From Fibrobacterales bacterium (lineage in GTDB: Bacteria > Fibrobacterota > Fibrobacteria > Fibrobacterales > JAOPTW01): a DNA stretch of 57,253 bases. The stretch is from positions 1-57,253 of the forward strand of contig JAOPTW010000005.1 of assembly GCA_051532035.1 (NCBI GenBank), given 5' to 3'. Positions 9,101 to 19,418 of the stretch are shown here, one piece after another. Under the pieces are notes generated by a model. It did not search any database. It was not told the DNA's origin and was given only the letters and a program-made list of their open reading frames with translations. The translations under genes and the position numbers were made by a program. How positions within the stretch are numbered: the stretch's first letter is position 1; each line of letters begins with the position of its first letter.

Positions 9101-10390
9101 AAAAATATTACCCTGAGAATTGGCAAAGATCATCTTTCCCCAATCATCATTACGTGGAATATCTCTTCCTGAATGAATACGAATCGGTTCATCTTTTGTG
9201 CCAATCGCAACAACCTGCCCTTTGATTATAAGATTTGTATTTTGACCACCAAAATAAATTTGCACTCCTGGCTCAATAGTGAGCACTTTTCCTACTGGTA
9301 CTTCAAGCGTTGTACGAATTATATAAGGTGATTCACTCTTCTTAAGAGTATCAGGCATGATCGTTTCAATACGTGTCCCTTTTAAATGATCAGTATAGGG
9401 CTCAAAAACCAATGTCTCCCATTTACTCTCTTCAAGATCTTGACCAACATTTTCTATTAAAGAATAGAGTTTGTTCGCAACCATCTCAGACAAATTTTTC
9501 ATATTAGTATCAAAATTTTTGAATGCAGTATATTCAAAAGTAAATTGATCAATTGATTCATCAGAATAACTATCAAAGAGTTCAACGGCAAGAACTGTAA
9601 CTGAGTCCTTTCTTGCCACCTTTCCCAGAACAAAGAAATCAAATCCACTACTTTGAACCATCTCCACAGCACATTCATACTCTTTACACATTGGTTTTTG
9701 TTCTGGCAATGGTTTCACCCCAAAGAATTCATTTCCAATAAGTGCTTCATCAATATACCTTCCATAATGCGCTGGTACAACATAAGTGGTACTATCAATA
9801 AGAAAATCAAATATTCCTATAGAGTAAACTGTTTCTGGTCGTTTGTAATGAACAAAAGCTTTTCCTGTATTTTGTTTCTTTTTTAACGTCTGCACTTTTC
9901 TCTTAGCTTGTTGGACTTGCTTTTTTGCTTTTGCAATAAGCTCGGGCTTTTTCTCTTGTTCACGCGATGCTTTAGTGTAAACTATGTGTTGCCGAAGAGT
10001 ATCTACTCCTGATACGGCTTTCACTTTCATCCACTGCGAGCCAGGAGTTTGAGGAGTGGGGAGCCTCACTTCCCAAACACCTTGAATATTTGCAGTAGTT
10101 TGTACACCCTCGATGAGTATAATCGCTTGGGGTGGCGCATAGCCAACAACATCAATTGAATCACCCATTATCAATTGAAATGACATAGGTGATATTACTT
10201 TAATTGAACCGGATTTTGTTGAGCTTCGTTTGCGGACAAACTTCTTCTGAGTCGATTTACTCGGCCCTTTTTCAGAAACAGGTGCAGCCACCTTAGGAAG
10301 TGGCTTTGCATTGTCGGTTGTTGGATTTCCCTGCCCAAAAACTAGGGCAGTAGAGAGTGCTATAATGGCGGTGGGTACTGTAATTTTCAT
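6101..10390 (-). CDS. Large secreted/outer-membrane protein: Ig-like and CsgG/DUF2380-like regions, right-handed beta-helix, probable C-terminal beta-barrel
   Basis: Signal peptide; SPYIIRTTLEVPVGKVLTIEPGV...GTKDEPI...DWG beta-helix cap and repeats; amphipathic strands ending YTALNYQYSF. Confidence 0.65.
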   Translation of the reverse strand: MKITVPTAIIALSTALVFGQGNPTTDNAKPLPKVAAPVSEKGPSKSTQKKFVRKRSSTKSGSIKVISPMSFQLIMGDSIDVVGYAPPQAIILIEGVQTTANIQGVWEVRLPTPQTPGSQWMKVKAVSGVDTLRQHIVYTKASREQEKKPELIAKAKKQVQQAKRKVQTLKKKQNTGKAFVHYKRPETVYSIGIFDFLIDSTTYVVPAHYGRYIDEALIGNEFFGVKPLPEQKPMCKEYECAVEMVQSSGFDFFVLGKVARKDSVTVLAVELFDSYSDESIDQFTFEYTAFKNFDTNMKNLSEMVANKLYSLIENVGQDLEESKWETLVFEPYTDHLKGTRIETIMPDTLKKSESPYIIRTTLEVPVGKVLTIEPGVQIYFGGQNTNLIIKGQVVAIGTKDEPIRIHSGRDIPRNDDWGKMIFANSQGNIFTWLEMGHAENGFQFINSSATLQNAIIRDTKNNSIHVQSSDISIYDSDIAGGALVGLLVDEYATVSVERSRIFNSVNAVAVRSMGSLSMKSTLVENSEKGMLLLGDISLTMNKVRIRKNEYGVISSKKIDLDNFDFNKNEVNFKLLDEPVIEDVIARAKYGKDTTQSLVVGVVKAVEKGLKLGIYSIKEKTELNILGNLGLGIEYNQVTHEKVPGPKVFVAANGDTIGVGSNYPNDKLQDGIAYNFSVYSSLDYGNFVLEYSMDGRYDDWIADSDVKSITYIDPLSLKMGTKNHTLQIGDFNEVGGELSFAGRDIWGGKYYGKFGGDEYNKPVVAFTAVYGEAQRPLDIGDKNPEAFNEIIETNNAYTQEMLLYAQMEIYTSNYSSLTFGWVQSENNRSGFYLGRDDLAESSGLYDPERKSRSGYWRGHWTNPKGTFEVNAEIAYGLSDTLNGNIINGTSNFVTELKAAYSIDSTLTTEQIVTLDSLHQIISDSLSAYPVIRDTDKFTALLNQNGQPFYGMDVDSLYADYVTRASTEDEGGEWYDQLKNNMAYMVEAEYFFPQSSVALGAKIVTPYFYSPGSGTSVSANSRNYFGSYSHTIQNNWNAGIEYNLDINNVGTKGDLNLFGFAEGSFMGLQEGKDFKANENRPLYIHDIVLTSDYRLNDQWSFDIEYGINYQTQKDSTTQIVRSDDDIVYTDPFFKGSGGATDTTRLYYGQTLSINKERYYGYLAAEEVLQHDFESKDLTHSVALGSKFDLNSMNQLKLGADLELLFDKSEFANTSDNFYTTASDTLPIALSNETLRELGYYLGGEDKVKYSFPFEYSLKYRPLRFNNRFKVTPIFTSIVKDNEAITEIKVSNKISMKVLDRRVTLTLDVGMKTKTTEEDAVRYYVIDTLNTTTAVKLYHTEGDGTYTATETATSDQVSAKPTALPTNSDVRIEEYRSTEEELDWWVSFVGRYNLTSRMYLEGMVRYDTFERPQQLESQYSHFYTALNYQYSF

Positions 10391-10407
10391 AGGTGGGTAT
10401 CACCTCA

Positions 10408-12252
10408 CTATTTTAATCGAATGGTTTTATATTCAGTTTTTGTATTACCCTTTACTGGCTCTACTCTCACTGAAATTCTATTCACTTTGTTTCTCACGAG
10501 CTCAACGTCAACTTGGTAGCGGTTGTCTTTTTCAATAGTATTATTTTCAAAAACTGCACTTGAACGAGTTAATGCAGAATTTTGTACAATAATTCTTCTA
10601 ATATATCCCGAGTCATCATTAGGAAGCCCGGTTATCTCAAACTCTATCGTTTCGTAAGGTTTACGCCCAGCCTTCCCCGCACGATATGGAAGTCGTGGTG
10701 GAAGCTTCAGTTCTCGGCTTGTTGGACCGTCAATTTCAACAGTGAAAACAGCTGGTGGCCAATATTCAACACCAACAAAATTACGTCGTGCCTCATTCCC
10801 CGCTAAGTCCACAGCAACTATTTCATAATCATGTTTTCCTGGAATAAGCTTATATACATACCGTACATTCTTTTCAGCCTCCTCTTCAACAACCCCATCG
10901 TCTGATTTAATAGAGTATTGAATAACATCTCCCTCTGCTTGTGTAATTACAATGACTGCATCACCTGTTGAAGTATTAGGGCTCACCGTAATTTTCGGTG
11001 GTAAGGTATTTACCGCTTTACTTGTTTTATCTACAGTCACCTCTATCTTTTCAACAATATCACTCTCCCCTACATCTTTTAAGGTAAGCGTAACAAAGCT
11101 AATATCCCACGATCCAATTTTATCATTCACTGGGAGCACATAAGAGAAATACCCACTCTTAGAACTAATATCTACCACGCGACCATCCACATTAGCTAAG
11201 AGTTTCGCTTGTTCACTTCCCGAATAGGTACCCCGTACTGTTAATACCCCATTTTTAACATCGACACTTGTCGGAGTTTGTAAGTTGAGTGAAAACTCTA
11301 CACCATACACAAAGGAAAATTGTCCTATCGAAACTGAACTAGTTCCATCTCCGCAATTAACGTCATAACTACGCTCCCCCTTTTCTGATGCGCTCCAAGT
11401 GAGGGTAGTCTGCCATAGGTTGTTAGACACCGGGACTTTTTGACTACCAATAGTTACTTCAGTACCGGTACAGCTCCCCGAAACAACAAGTGACGGTACT
11501 GTTACTGTTGGAGGAACCGATTCAATCGCCCCCCCTAACTCTTCGTCCTCTTCTTCAACAGTTGTCGTATCAACAATTACTGAATCCGTAAGAGTAGAAT
11601 CGATAGTTTTAATATCAATTGTAGCAGCTTCTTCGATAAGTACTTTTAAGAAGTTTTTAAGGTCATCTGCTTTTTCAAGTTTTTTAACTTCAAATCCTTT
11701 CTCACTCTGAATGACAAAATCCTTAGGATTAACATCTACTTTTTTGCCAGAACGTGAGCGAAGTTCAAGTCTTCCTTCTGTCAAATAAGCAAAGGCTCGT
11801 TTTCCCGTAAACCCAATACCACCTTTCGTACCACGTATTGCCGCTGTTGCTGTCAGTGTTTCAAATTTAAATTTTGATTTTCTTTCAGCCAGCTTTTTAA
11901 TATTAAAGAGGACTCGGCCCTTCTTGATATTAATATTAGTAGTACTTGCCTGGCCATCTTGTACCAACTCAGACATTTTTACGATAGTATTTTCTTCAAC
12001 GGTAATCTGTGACCCTGATGCAAGAAGCAGTTGTACTGATGACTCTACAAATGTCCGTACCATATCAGATTCACGTACCTTAGAACCGACTTTTACTTTT
12101 TTCCAACTTCCTTTACTCTTTTTTTGATAGAGTACTTCGCCGGTAACGAATTTTGCTATAGCCTTTTGCTTTTTAGTTGCGGCCTCAAGTGTACCGCAAA
12201 AACCAATACAGAGCACAAGTAGTAGCATGAGTGATGATTTGGTAAACTGCAT
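10408..12252 (-). CDS. Secreted FecR-domain protein with C-terminal Ig-like beta-sandwich domains
   Basis: GEVLYQ...W...GSKVRESDMVRT...GRVLFNIKK...FETLTATAAIRGT; AVDLAGNE Ig motif; GAGG before ATG 12252, followed by a signal peptide. Confidence 0.8.
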   Translation of the reverse strand: MQFTKSSLMLLLVLCIGFCGTLEAATKKQKAIAKFVTGEVLYQKKSKGSWKKVKVGSKVRESDMVRTFVESSVQLLLASGSQITVEENTIVKMSELVQDGQASTTNINIKKGRVLFNIKKLAERKSKFKFETLTATAAIRGTKGGIGFTGKRAFAYLTEGRLELRSRSGKKVDVNPKDFVIQSEKGFEVKKLEKADDLKNFLKVLIEEAATIDIKTIDSTLTDSVIVDTTTVEEEDEELGGAIESVPPTVTVPSLVVSGSCTGTEVTIGSQKVPVSNNLWQTTLTWSASEKGERSYDVNCGDGTSSVSIGQFSFVYGVEFSLNLQTPTSVDVKNGVLTVRGTYSGSEQAKLLANVDGRVVDISSKSGYFSYVLPVNDKIGSWDISFVTLTLKDVGESDIVEKIEVTVDKTSKAVNTLPPKITVSPNTSTGDAVIVITQAEGDVIQYSIKSDDGVVEEEAEKNVRYVYKLIPGKHDYEIVAVDLAGNEARRNFVGVEYWPPAVFTVEIDGPTSRELKLPPRLPYRAGKAGRKPYETIEFEITGLPNDDSGYIRRIIVQNSALTRSSAVFENNTIEKDNRYQVDVELVRNKVNRISVRVEPVKGNTKTEYKTIRLK

Positions 12253-12348
12253 ATGATCCTCGCCTTTGATATATCTCTTAATAAATATCACTTCTTTAAT
12301 GGTTATAAAATCGGGGGGATTAAAAATATCCATAGGGTCCTCTTTTTT

Positions 12349-12364
12349 TGTGATTTAGATCACA
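12349..12364. promoter_or_regulatory. CRP-family binding box
   Basis: TGTGA-TTTAGA-TCACA in the divergent intergenic region. Confidence 0.6.
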
Positions 12365-12416
12365 TACCCTTCCCGATTTTTTTAAGTTATTATATCATTC
12401 GATTAACCAAGATGCC

Positions 12417-12842
12417 ATGACAATTTCAAATATTTGTGTTTTTTTTGATACTGAAGAGCCGGTAAAAATACCCTATCTCGACTCACTCAAAGACTTATCT
12501 ACCCGTATTCTTACTGCTGAGAGTAAAAAAGGAGCAGTAAATATTGTATTTACAAACGACCCCCCAGTTCGCGCCCTTAATAAAGAGTATCGTGGACTTG
12601 ATAAAACGACCGATGTACTCTCTTTTGAGTGGAATGAACCAGATATCTTAGGTGAAATTTATATTTCTGTCGATCAGGTAAAAAAACAGGCTCCTGAGTA
12701 TGATAATACGTTCTATCAAGAGATGAAACGCGTACTCGTCCACGGGGTTCTTCATCTCTGTGGATATGACCATTTGACGGTTAAGGAGAGAAAAATAATG
12801 AGAAATAGTGAGGAGCACTATCTTTCAAAGAAAATTTATTAG
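12417..12842 (+). CDS. ybeY: rRNA maturation endoribonuclease YbeY
   Basis: LNKEYRGLDKTTDVLSF, LGEIYIS, HGVLHLCGYDH. Confidence 0.95.
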   Translation: MTISNICVFFDTEEPVKIPYLDSLKDLSTRILTAESKKGAVNIVFTNDPPVRALNKEYRGLDKTTDVLSFEWNEPDILGEIYISVDQVKKQAPEYDNTFYQEMKRVLVHGVLHLCGYDHLTVKERKIMRNSEEHYLSKKIY

Positions 12843-12874
12843 TTTTAGTCTATTCGTTGAAATGAGGGCCTCTC

Positions 12875-14155
12875 TTGGACCCCAGTACCATTTACCAGTA
12901 TAGTTATATCGTTCTTATCGGAGCTTTTGTACTCTCTATCACTTTGTCGCTTACAAAAACTATCTACTCTGTTGTATTAAGAAATAGCGACCCTTCTCGA
13001 CAACCGACTCCTCACGAAATGAAAGTGAGTAAGCATGCCTCCAAAAAAGGTTTTTTAGAAACTATTGCCATTGGTCGCGTCTTCTATAACACTCTTATTG
13101 CCATAGTTCTCTGGAGCTCTTATCTTAAAAATATTGCACTGTTCAATATTCCACTCCTCGACTCAACTATTCTTTTTCTTTTAGAATGTATTGCCATATA
13201 CATCGCCTGTTTCCTTGCCCCCAAAATCATTGGCCACCTCAAGCCTTACTCTCTCTTCATTATTGGTCTCTGGGGATTTAGAGTGAACTATATCATATTT
13301 TATATTCCGAGTCGATTAGTCTCTGCTCTATTTCAAAAAACTCTCCGGTATCTTGGATACGATGACAAAATGTCATTCCTCACCGGTAATGAATTAAAAA
13401 AACTCGATTCTTACACACCTTCTGAAAAACACGGGCTCGAAGAAGATGAGAAACAAATGATCAAAAATATCTTTGAATTTGGTGAAACTCCTGTTAAAGA
13501 TATCATGACTCCACGGGTTGAACTCGTAGCACTCAATCAAAATACCGACCTCCAAGAGACCATAGAGACTCTTAACACCTCGCGCTTTTCAAGAATCCCA
13601 GTTTATAATGAAAATATTGATACGATAATAGGAATCCTCAACACGAAAGAGTTTCTCGATTGGTATTCTGAGACAGACCGTACACCATTCTCTCTTTTGA
13701 AACTGGTCACTCCTCCTTATTTTGTAACCCGCGAAAAGAAGATCGATGACCTTATGCGTGAACTCCGCAAAGAGCGTACTCATATCGCCATTGTCGTAGA
13801 TGACTACGGGGGAACCTCCGGTATCGTAACCCTTGAAGATATTCTCGAAGAAATCGTTGGAGAGATATACGACGAAGATGATGATAATGAATTTAGGGTA
13901 GAGAAAGTTAAAGAGAACATCTACTTCGTTAATCCAATGATCTCGGTTGGTGACCTTGCAGAAAATATTGAACATCATATAGAAACTCCCGATGATATTG
14001 AGGTCGAAACACTAAGTGGCCTGATTATGGCAACACTTGGTACCGTTCCCCAAAAAGGAGCTCAGCTCACCATAAGTGGTGATATTCACATTAAAATACT
14101 CAAAGTTGATGGCCCACGACTCGAGAAGGTACTCCTTCGTATTGGTGATGAATAG
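12875..14155 (+). CDS. HlyC/CorC (CNNM + CBS pair + CorC_HlyC) transporter
   Basis: TM N-terminus, VKDIMTPR, FSRIPVY, HIAIVVDDYGGTSGIVTLEDILEEIVGEIYDE. Confidence 0.92.
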   Translation: MDPSTIYQYSYIVLIGAFVLSITLSLTKTIYSVVLRNSDPSRQPTPHEMKVSKHASKKGFLETIAIGRVFYNTLIAIVLWSSYLKNIALFNIPLLDSTILFLLECIAIYIACFLAPKIIGHLKPYSLFIIGLWGFRVNYIIFYIPSRLVSALFQKTLRYLGYDDKMSFLTGNELKKLDSYTPSEKHGLEEDEKQMIKNIFEFGETPVKDIMTPRVELVALNQNTDLQETIETLNTSRFSRIPVYNENIDTIIGILNTKEFLDWYSETDRTPFSLLKLVTPPYFVTREKKIDDLMRELRKERTHIAIVVDDYGGTSGIVTLEDILEEIVGEIYDEDDDNEFRVEKVKENIYFVNPMISVGDLAENIEHHIETPDDIEVETLSGLIMATLGTVPQKGAQLTISGDIHIKILKVDGPRLEKVLLRIGDE

Positions 14156-14231
14156 AATCATATTAAAATCACTCCAGTAAAATTTATTCAATTTGAGTAC
14201 ATTAATCCTCCCTCTTTTTTACATTTGATCT

Positions 14232-14957
14232 ATGAGTAAAAAAGATACGATATTCGCCAAACGAAGCTGGAAACCAGGTGACTTCACCTTTAATAAAGAG
14301 GTGGCGAGTGTATTTACCGATATGCTTATACGCTCAATCCCCAACTACTTAGAGAACCTCGACTTTTTAACTGCAATTGCCAAAGAGTATTGGCAACCAG
14401 AGACTAGTATTTATGATTTGGGTTGCTCTCAAGGTAACTTAACGTACCGCGTTGCAAGTGCACTAAAAGAACAGAGTCCACACATTGTAGCTCTTGATGC
14501 TTCTCCCGATATGATCACAGCATTTCATGACAATGCTTCTTCGCACTCCCCTTCAATTGAAGCCCTTTGTACTACTATTCAAGAAGCTTCATTTACCAAA
14601 ACATCAGTTGTATTTGTAAATTACGTACTTCAATTTATTTCTCCTGAAGAACGTCTTCCCATACTTAAAAAAATATATGATGCGCTCGTCCCTGGCGGTA
14701 TACTTCTTATGGGTGAAAAGGTCTGCTTTGCAGATGCAAAACTACAAGCTATTGAACAAGAATACTACTTTCAATTTAAGAGAAACAATGGGTATAGTGA
14801 TACCGAAATTTATCAAAAACGAGAAGCACTCGAAAATGTTTTAATTCCTGACACCATTGAACAACATATGCAACGATGTAAAGATGCTGGGTTTACCCTC
14901 ACCGAGATCTGGTTCAAGCGCTTTAACTTCTGTTCATTTATCTGCACCAAAGAGTAA
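14232..14957 (+). CDS. cmoA: Carboxy-S-adenosyl-L-methionine synthase
   Basis: DFTFNKEVASVFTDMLIRSIPNY, YDLGCSQG, FKRNNGYS...KREALENVLIP. Confidence 0.92.
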   Translation: MSKKDTIFAKRSWKPGDFTFNKEVASVFTDMLIRSIPNYLENLDFLTAIAKEYWQPETSIYDLGCSQGNLTYRVASALKEQSPHIVALDASPDMITAFHDNASSHSPSIEALCTTIQEASFTKTSVVFVNYVLQFISPEERLPILKKIYDALVPGGILLMGEKVCFADAKLQAIEQEYYFQFKRNNGYSDTEIYQKREALENVLIPDTIEQHMQRCKDAGFTLTEIWFKRFNFCSFICTKE

Positions 14958-14965
14958 CCAAACCT

Positions 14966-16324
14966 ATGGCCAAAAAAATAAAAAAACTATTTGTCTGTGC
15001 CTCCTGTGGCCATGAAGAGAAAAACTGGCTCGGTAAATGTCCTGGGTGTGGCGAATGGGATACTTTAAAAGAGTTTGTTGAACCGACTCAATCGCGAGGT
15101 ATTGGTAGTGATGCAAAGCCTGGTTCTAAAGCGATTTCACTCAATGACATCAACACCAAAGCAACTCGGCGACTTTTAACCGGTAATCAAGAATTTGATC
15201 GAACCTTAGGTGGAGGCTTTGCCCCAAGTTCACTTGTGCTCATTGGTGGCGATCCCGGAATTGGTAAATCTACTCTACTTCTTCAGACTGCAACAAATAT
15301 GCAGAGCGCTGGAATCTCTACCCTCTATATTACAGGGGAAGAGTCCGCAGAGCAAATAAAACTGCGAGCAGATCGACTGAATGTCGGTAATAGCGATCTG
15401 ACTATTCTCTGCGAAACCGATATTCTCCGTATTTTTGATGCAGTAAAAAGAATGAATCCCGACATTATCATTGTTGACTCAATTCAAACAATTTATAAAG
15501 AAGATGTATCAGGGGCTCCTGGTAGCGCCTCTCAAATAAGAGAATGCACCCTCGACCTCATGGTATTCACCAAAAGCTTTGGCTGTATCACCATACTTAT
15601 TGGACATGTAACCAAAGATGGGCAAATCGCCGGCCCCAAAATTTTGGAGCACATGGTTGATGCTGTTGTCTATTTTGAAGGCGACATCAATAGTCACTAC
15701 CGTATACTCAGATCTATAAAAAACCGTTATGGAGCAACCAATGAAATTGGTGTCCTCGAAATGACCAACCTTGGCTTAACCCCTGTCGCTAACCCAAGTG
15801 GCTTTTTTATACAAGAAAACACCCTCAACACACCTGGTTCATCAGTATGTTGCACTCAAGAGGGCTCCCGCTCTCTTCTCTTTGAGATACAAGCTCTGGT
15901 TAACACCTCTAATTATGCGGTACCACAGAAGGTGAGTATGGGCATTGATGGTAAACGAATTACCATCATATTAGCCATTTTGGAGAAGTTTGCTGGAGTG
16001 ACCATTGGTAATTCAGATGTATTTGTCCAAGTTGCAGGTGGGTTGAAAATTGACGACACGACCAGTGACCTTGCACTTGCTTTTGCTATTAGCTGTAATC
16101 ACCTTAATAAGTCCATTGAGGGCAAAGTCATCATAATGGGTGAACTGGGCCTTTCTGGAGAAGTACGACGGGTAAATCAACTTGAAGTACGTCTCAAGGA
16201 AGCAAAACGTCTTGGATTTGACACTGCTATTGTCCCCACAAGTAACAAAAAGGTGGCCATGAGCGGTATGAAAATCCATACTATTGATCACATTAAAAAC
16301 CTTTTAGATTTTATAGAGCAATAG
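14966..16324 (+). CDS. radA: DNA repair protein RadA/Sms
   Basis: C4 zinc finger, GDPGIGKST, KNRYG motif, Lon-like C-terminus. Confidence 0.97.
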   Translation: MAKKIKKLFVCASCGHEEKNWLGKCPGCGEWDTLKEFVEPTQSRGIGSDAKPGSKAISLNDINTKATRRLLTGNQEFDRTLGGGFAPSSLVLIGGDPGIGKSTLLLQTATNMQSAGISTLYITGEESAEQIKLRADRLNVGNSDLTILCETDILRIFDAVKRMNPDIIIVDSIQTIYKEDVSGAPGSASQIRECTLDLMVFTKSFGCITILIGHVTKDGQIAGPKILEHMVDAVVYFEGDINSHYRILRSIKNRYGATNEIGVLEMTNLGLTPVANPSGFFIQENTLNTPGSSVCCTQEGSRSLLFEIQALVNTSNYAVPQKVSMGIDGKRITIILAILEKFAGVTIGNSDVFVQVAGGLKIDDTTSDLALAFAISCNHLNKSIEGKVIIMGELGLSGEVRRVNQLEVRLKEAKRLGFDTAIVPTSNKKVAMSGMKIHTIDHIKNLLDFIEQ

Positions 16325-16372
16325 TATGTTTATGAGTCCTTTTTTAAATGTCAGAGATGAATTCGCCCCTGA

Positions 16373-17557
<1,185 letters not shown>

Positions 17558-17581
17558 CTTCAAACTATAGTATTCATTAAT

Positions 17582-17610
17582 AAATGGCTCGTAGATCTAC
17601 GAGCCATTTT
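17582..17610. terminator. Palindromic hairpin between convergent genes, probable bidirectional terminator
   Basis: AAATGGCTCGTAGATCTACGAGCCATTT is a perfect 28-bp palindrome. Confidence 0.75.
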
Positions 17611-17655
17611 GATATCCCTCAAAAATTGTTCCCCTTTTATTTAGGAAAACCAGAA

Positions 17656-19296
17656 TTATTCAGACCTACGAGAACGTTGTTCTTTTTTCTTCACATTCTC
17701 AATCCAATCAGCAACAGTCGAGCGTGATGGACAGAGTTTGCGTACCAGAGTCCATTTCTTTAGCGCGAGTCGGTACCCTTCACTACGATATGCAGCAATA
17801 CCTTCATTCATCAGTTCATCACATTTTTCATCATTAGCAGTTCCTGGACTATTACGTGGTGGTCGGCTACATTTCTTTTTGATTCTTCGAACCTTCTGAT
17901 CCAGAATTGAGTTACCTGTATAATCAACAACTATTTCACAAGCCTCTTTATCACGTTTCTCTTTAAGAAGACGGAAGATCTCTTTAATATTGTCATGAGT
18001 GGGTGAAAGATCAGCTGTGGATGCATTTTTAATTTTTTGTTTCAAATGGAGGGCACCAATATCTTTGGGTTTAATAGAAAGTGCTTCATCCAAAATAAAT
18101 TGTGCATCTCTAAAACAGGCCATTTTGAACTGTTTTTCAACTTTAGCAATGAGACTTTTAAAACGCTTATTCTTAGAGCGTGCGAGGCGCATCTCCTCTA
18201 TACGTTCCTGATATCTATCAAGTATCGACTTAGGAGGCATTATGAGTTTAAGCCGTTTTAAATAGGTTGCCGCTTTTTCTGGTTGCTTCTTTTTAAGGGC
18301 AAGTTCAATAGACTTTTTTAGTTTATCTATTTTTGGTTTATTCTCTGTACTTGAGATTAAATCAATAATTGTGCGATGCCACCGCGAAACCTGAAGTACC
18401 TCTGGGTACTCTTTTTTTAGAGCGCCAAACAGCTTTTCAGCTTTAGCATACTTTTTTTGATCGAAAAACTCAATACCTTGAGCAATTGTTATCTTAAGAT
18501 AATTCTCTCTATTAACTAAAATCTCACGATACTTAGTCTTAAAAAATTGATCTTTAGGGAACTGGTGAAAAACGTTTTCTAAAAAATAGATAATCTCTTT
18601 TTTATCGTCCTCTTCCTCAAGCATATCAAGACGTACTCGATAAAAGTCATATAACTCACCTAATTTTTGTTCTGCAAAGTCTATTTTAATAAGAAGAATT
18701 TCATTATCAGGGTTATAATAAAGTGCTTTATACCACTCCTTAAGAGCAGAACGATACTCTGCTCTATTGTAAAAATCTTCACCAACTGATATAAAGCGTT
18801 TTTGAATATCTGTTATTTTTTTTGAAAGGGCTCGGTATTTAGTCACCACAGAGGTACTATTGGGCTCTTTTTCAATAAGAGCAGAATATATATAAATGGC
18901 TTCCTGAAATTTACCCTCTTTTGCAAAAGTATCCGCTATTGCAATAGCTTTCAGTGGCTCTTTCTCAAGATGAAGATCAACGGAATCAATAGGGGTATAC
19001 CATGAATTCTCGCCAACTTCTTCTGCCGCAACCCACTCTCCAAGATTAAGTTTACAACGACCCATCAAAATATCTACCTGCTTATGAAGGGGATTAGAGG
19101 TACGTAATTTTTTAAGCTCATACAATGCTTTTTTATAGTCACCCTCTTTCATAAAGCTTAGCGCAATATTGAAGGATTGAAGTTCATTGTAATATTGATT
19201 TTTAGGGTCATTTAGACGAAACTCATCATACTGTTGTGCTGAGAGCGGCAACATGATGATAAGTACAAGAAATATTAGTTTCATCTGGTGATTCAT
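17656..19296 (-). CDS. Secreted TPR-repeat protein
   Basis: Signal peptide; repeated TPR-like helices (GEDFYNRAEYRSALKEWYKALYYNPDN; GIAAYRSEGYRLALKKW). Confidence 0.75.
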   Translation of the reverse strand: MNHQMKLIFLVLIIMLPLSAQQYDEFRLNDPKNQYYNELQSFNIALSFMKEGDYKKALYELKKLRTSNPLHKQVDILMGRCKLNLGEWVAAEEVGENSWYTPIDSVDLHLEKEPLKAIAIADTFAKEGKFQEAIYIYSALIEKEPNSTSVVTKYRALSKKITDIQKRFISVGEDFYNRAEYRSALKEWYKALYYNPDNEILLIKIDFAEQKLGELYDFYRVRLDMLEEEDDKKEIIYFLENVFHQFPKDQFFKTKYREILVNRENYLKITIAQGIEFFDQKKYAKAEKLFGALKKEYPEVLQVSRWHRTIIDLISSTENKPKIDKLKKSIELALKKKQPEKAATYLKRLKLIMPPKSILDRYQERIEEMRLARSKNKRFKSLIAKVEKQFKMACFRDAQFILDEALSIKPKDIGALHLKQKIKNASTADLSPTHDNIKEIFRLLKEKRDKEACEIVVDYTGNSILDQKVRRIKKKCSRPPRNSPGTANDEKCDELMNEGIAAYRSEGYRLALKKWTLVRKLCPSRSTVADWIENVKKKEQRSRRSE

Positions 19297-19418
19297 AAAA
19301 GGAATAGATTACGACTATTCGTAAATAATTTATTATCTTAATGTAATAAATTATTTACCGTTTTTTTTACATAAAGCTCAAAAACTCAATCTATTGTGAT
19401 CTTTTAGCCCTCTGAATT

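Noticed and set aside
17582..17609. Perfect 28-bp palindrome as a REP/MITE or recombination site
   Set aside because: Single copy in the window, between convergent genes; explained as a terminator
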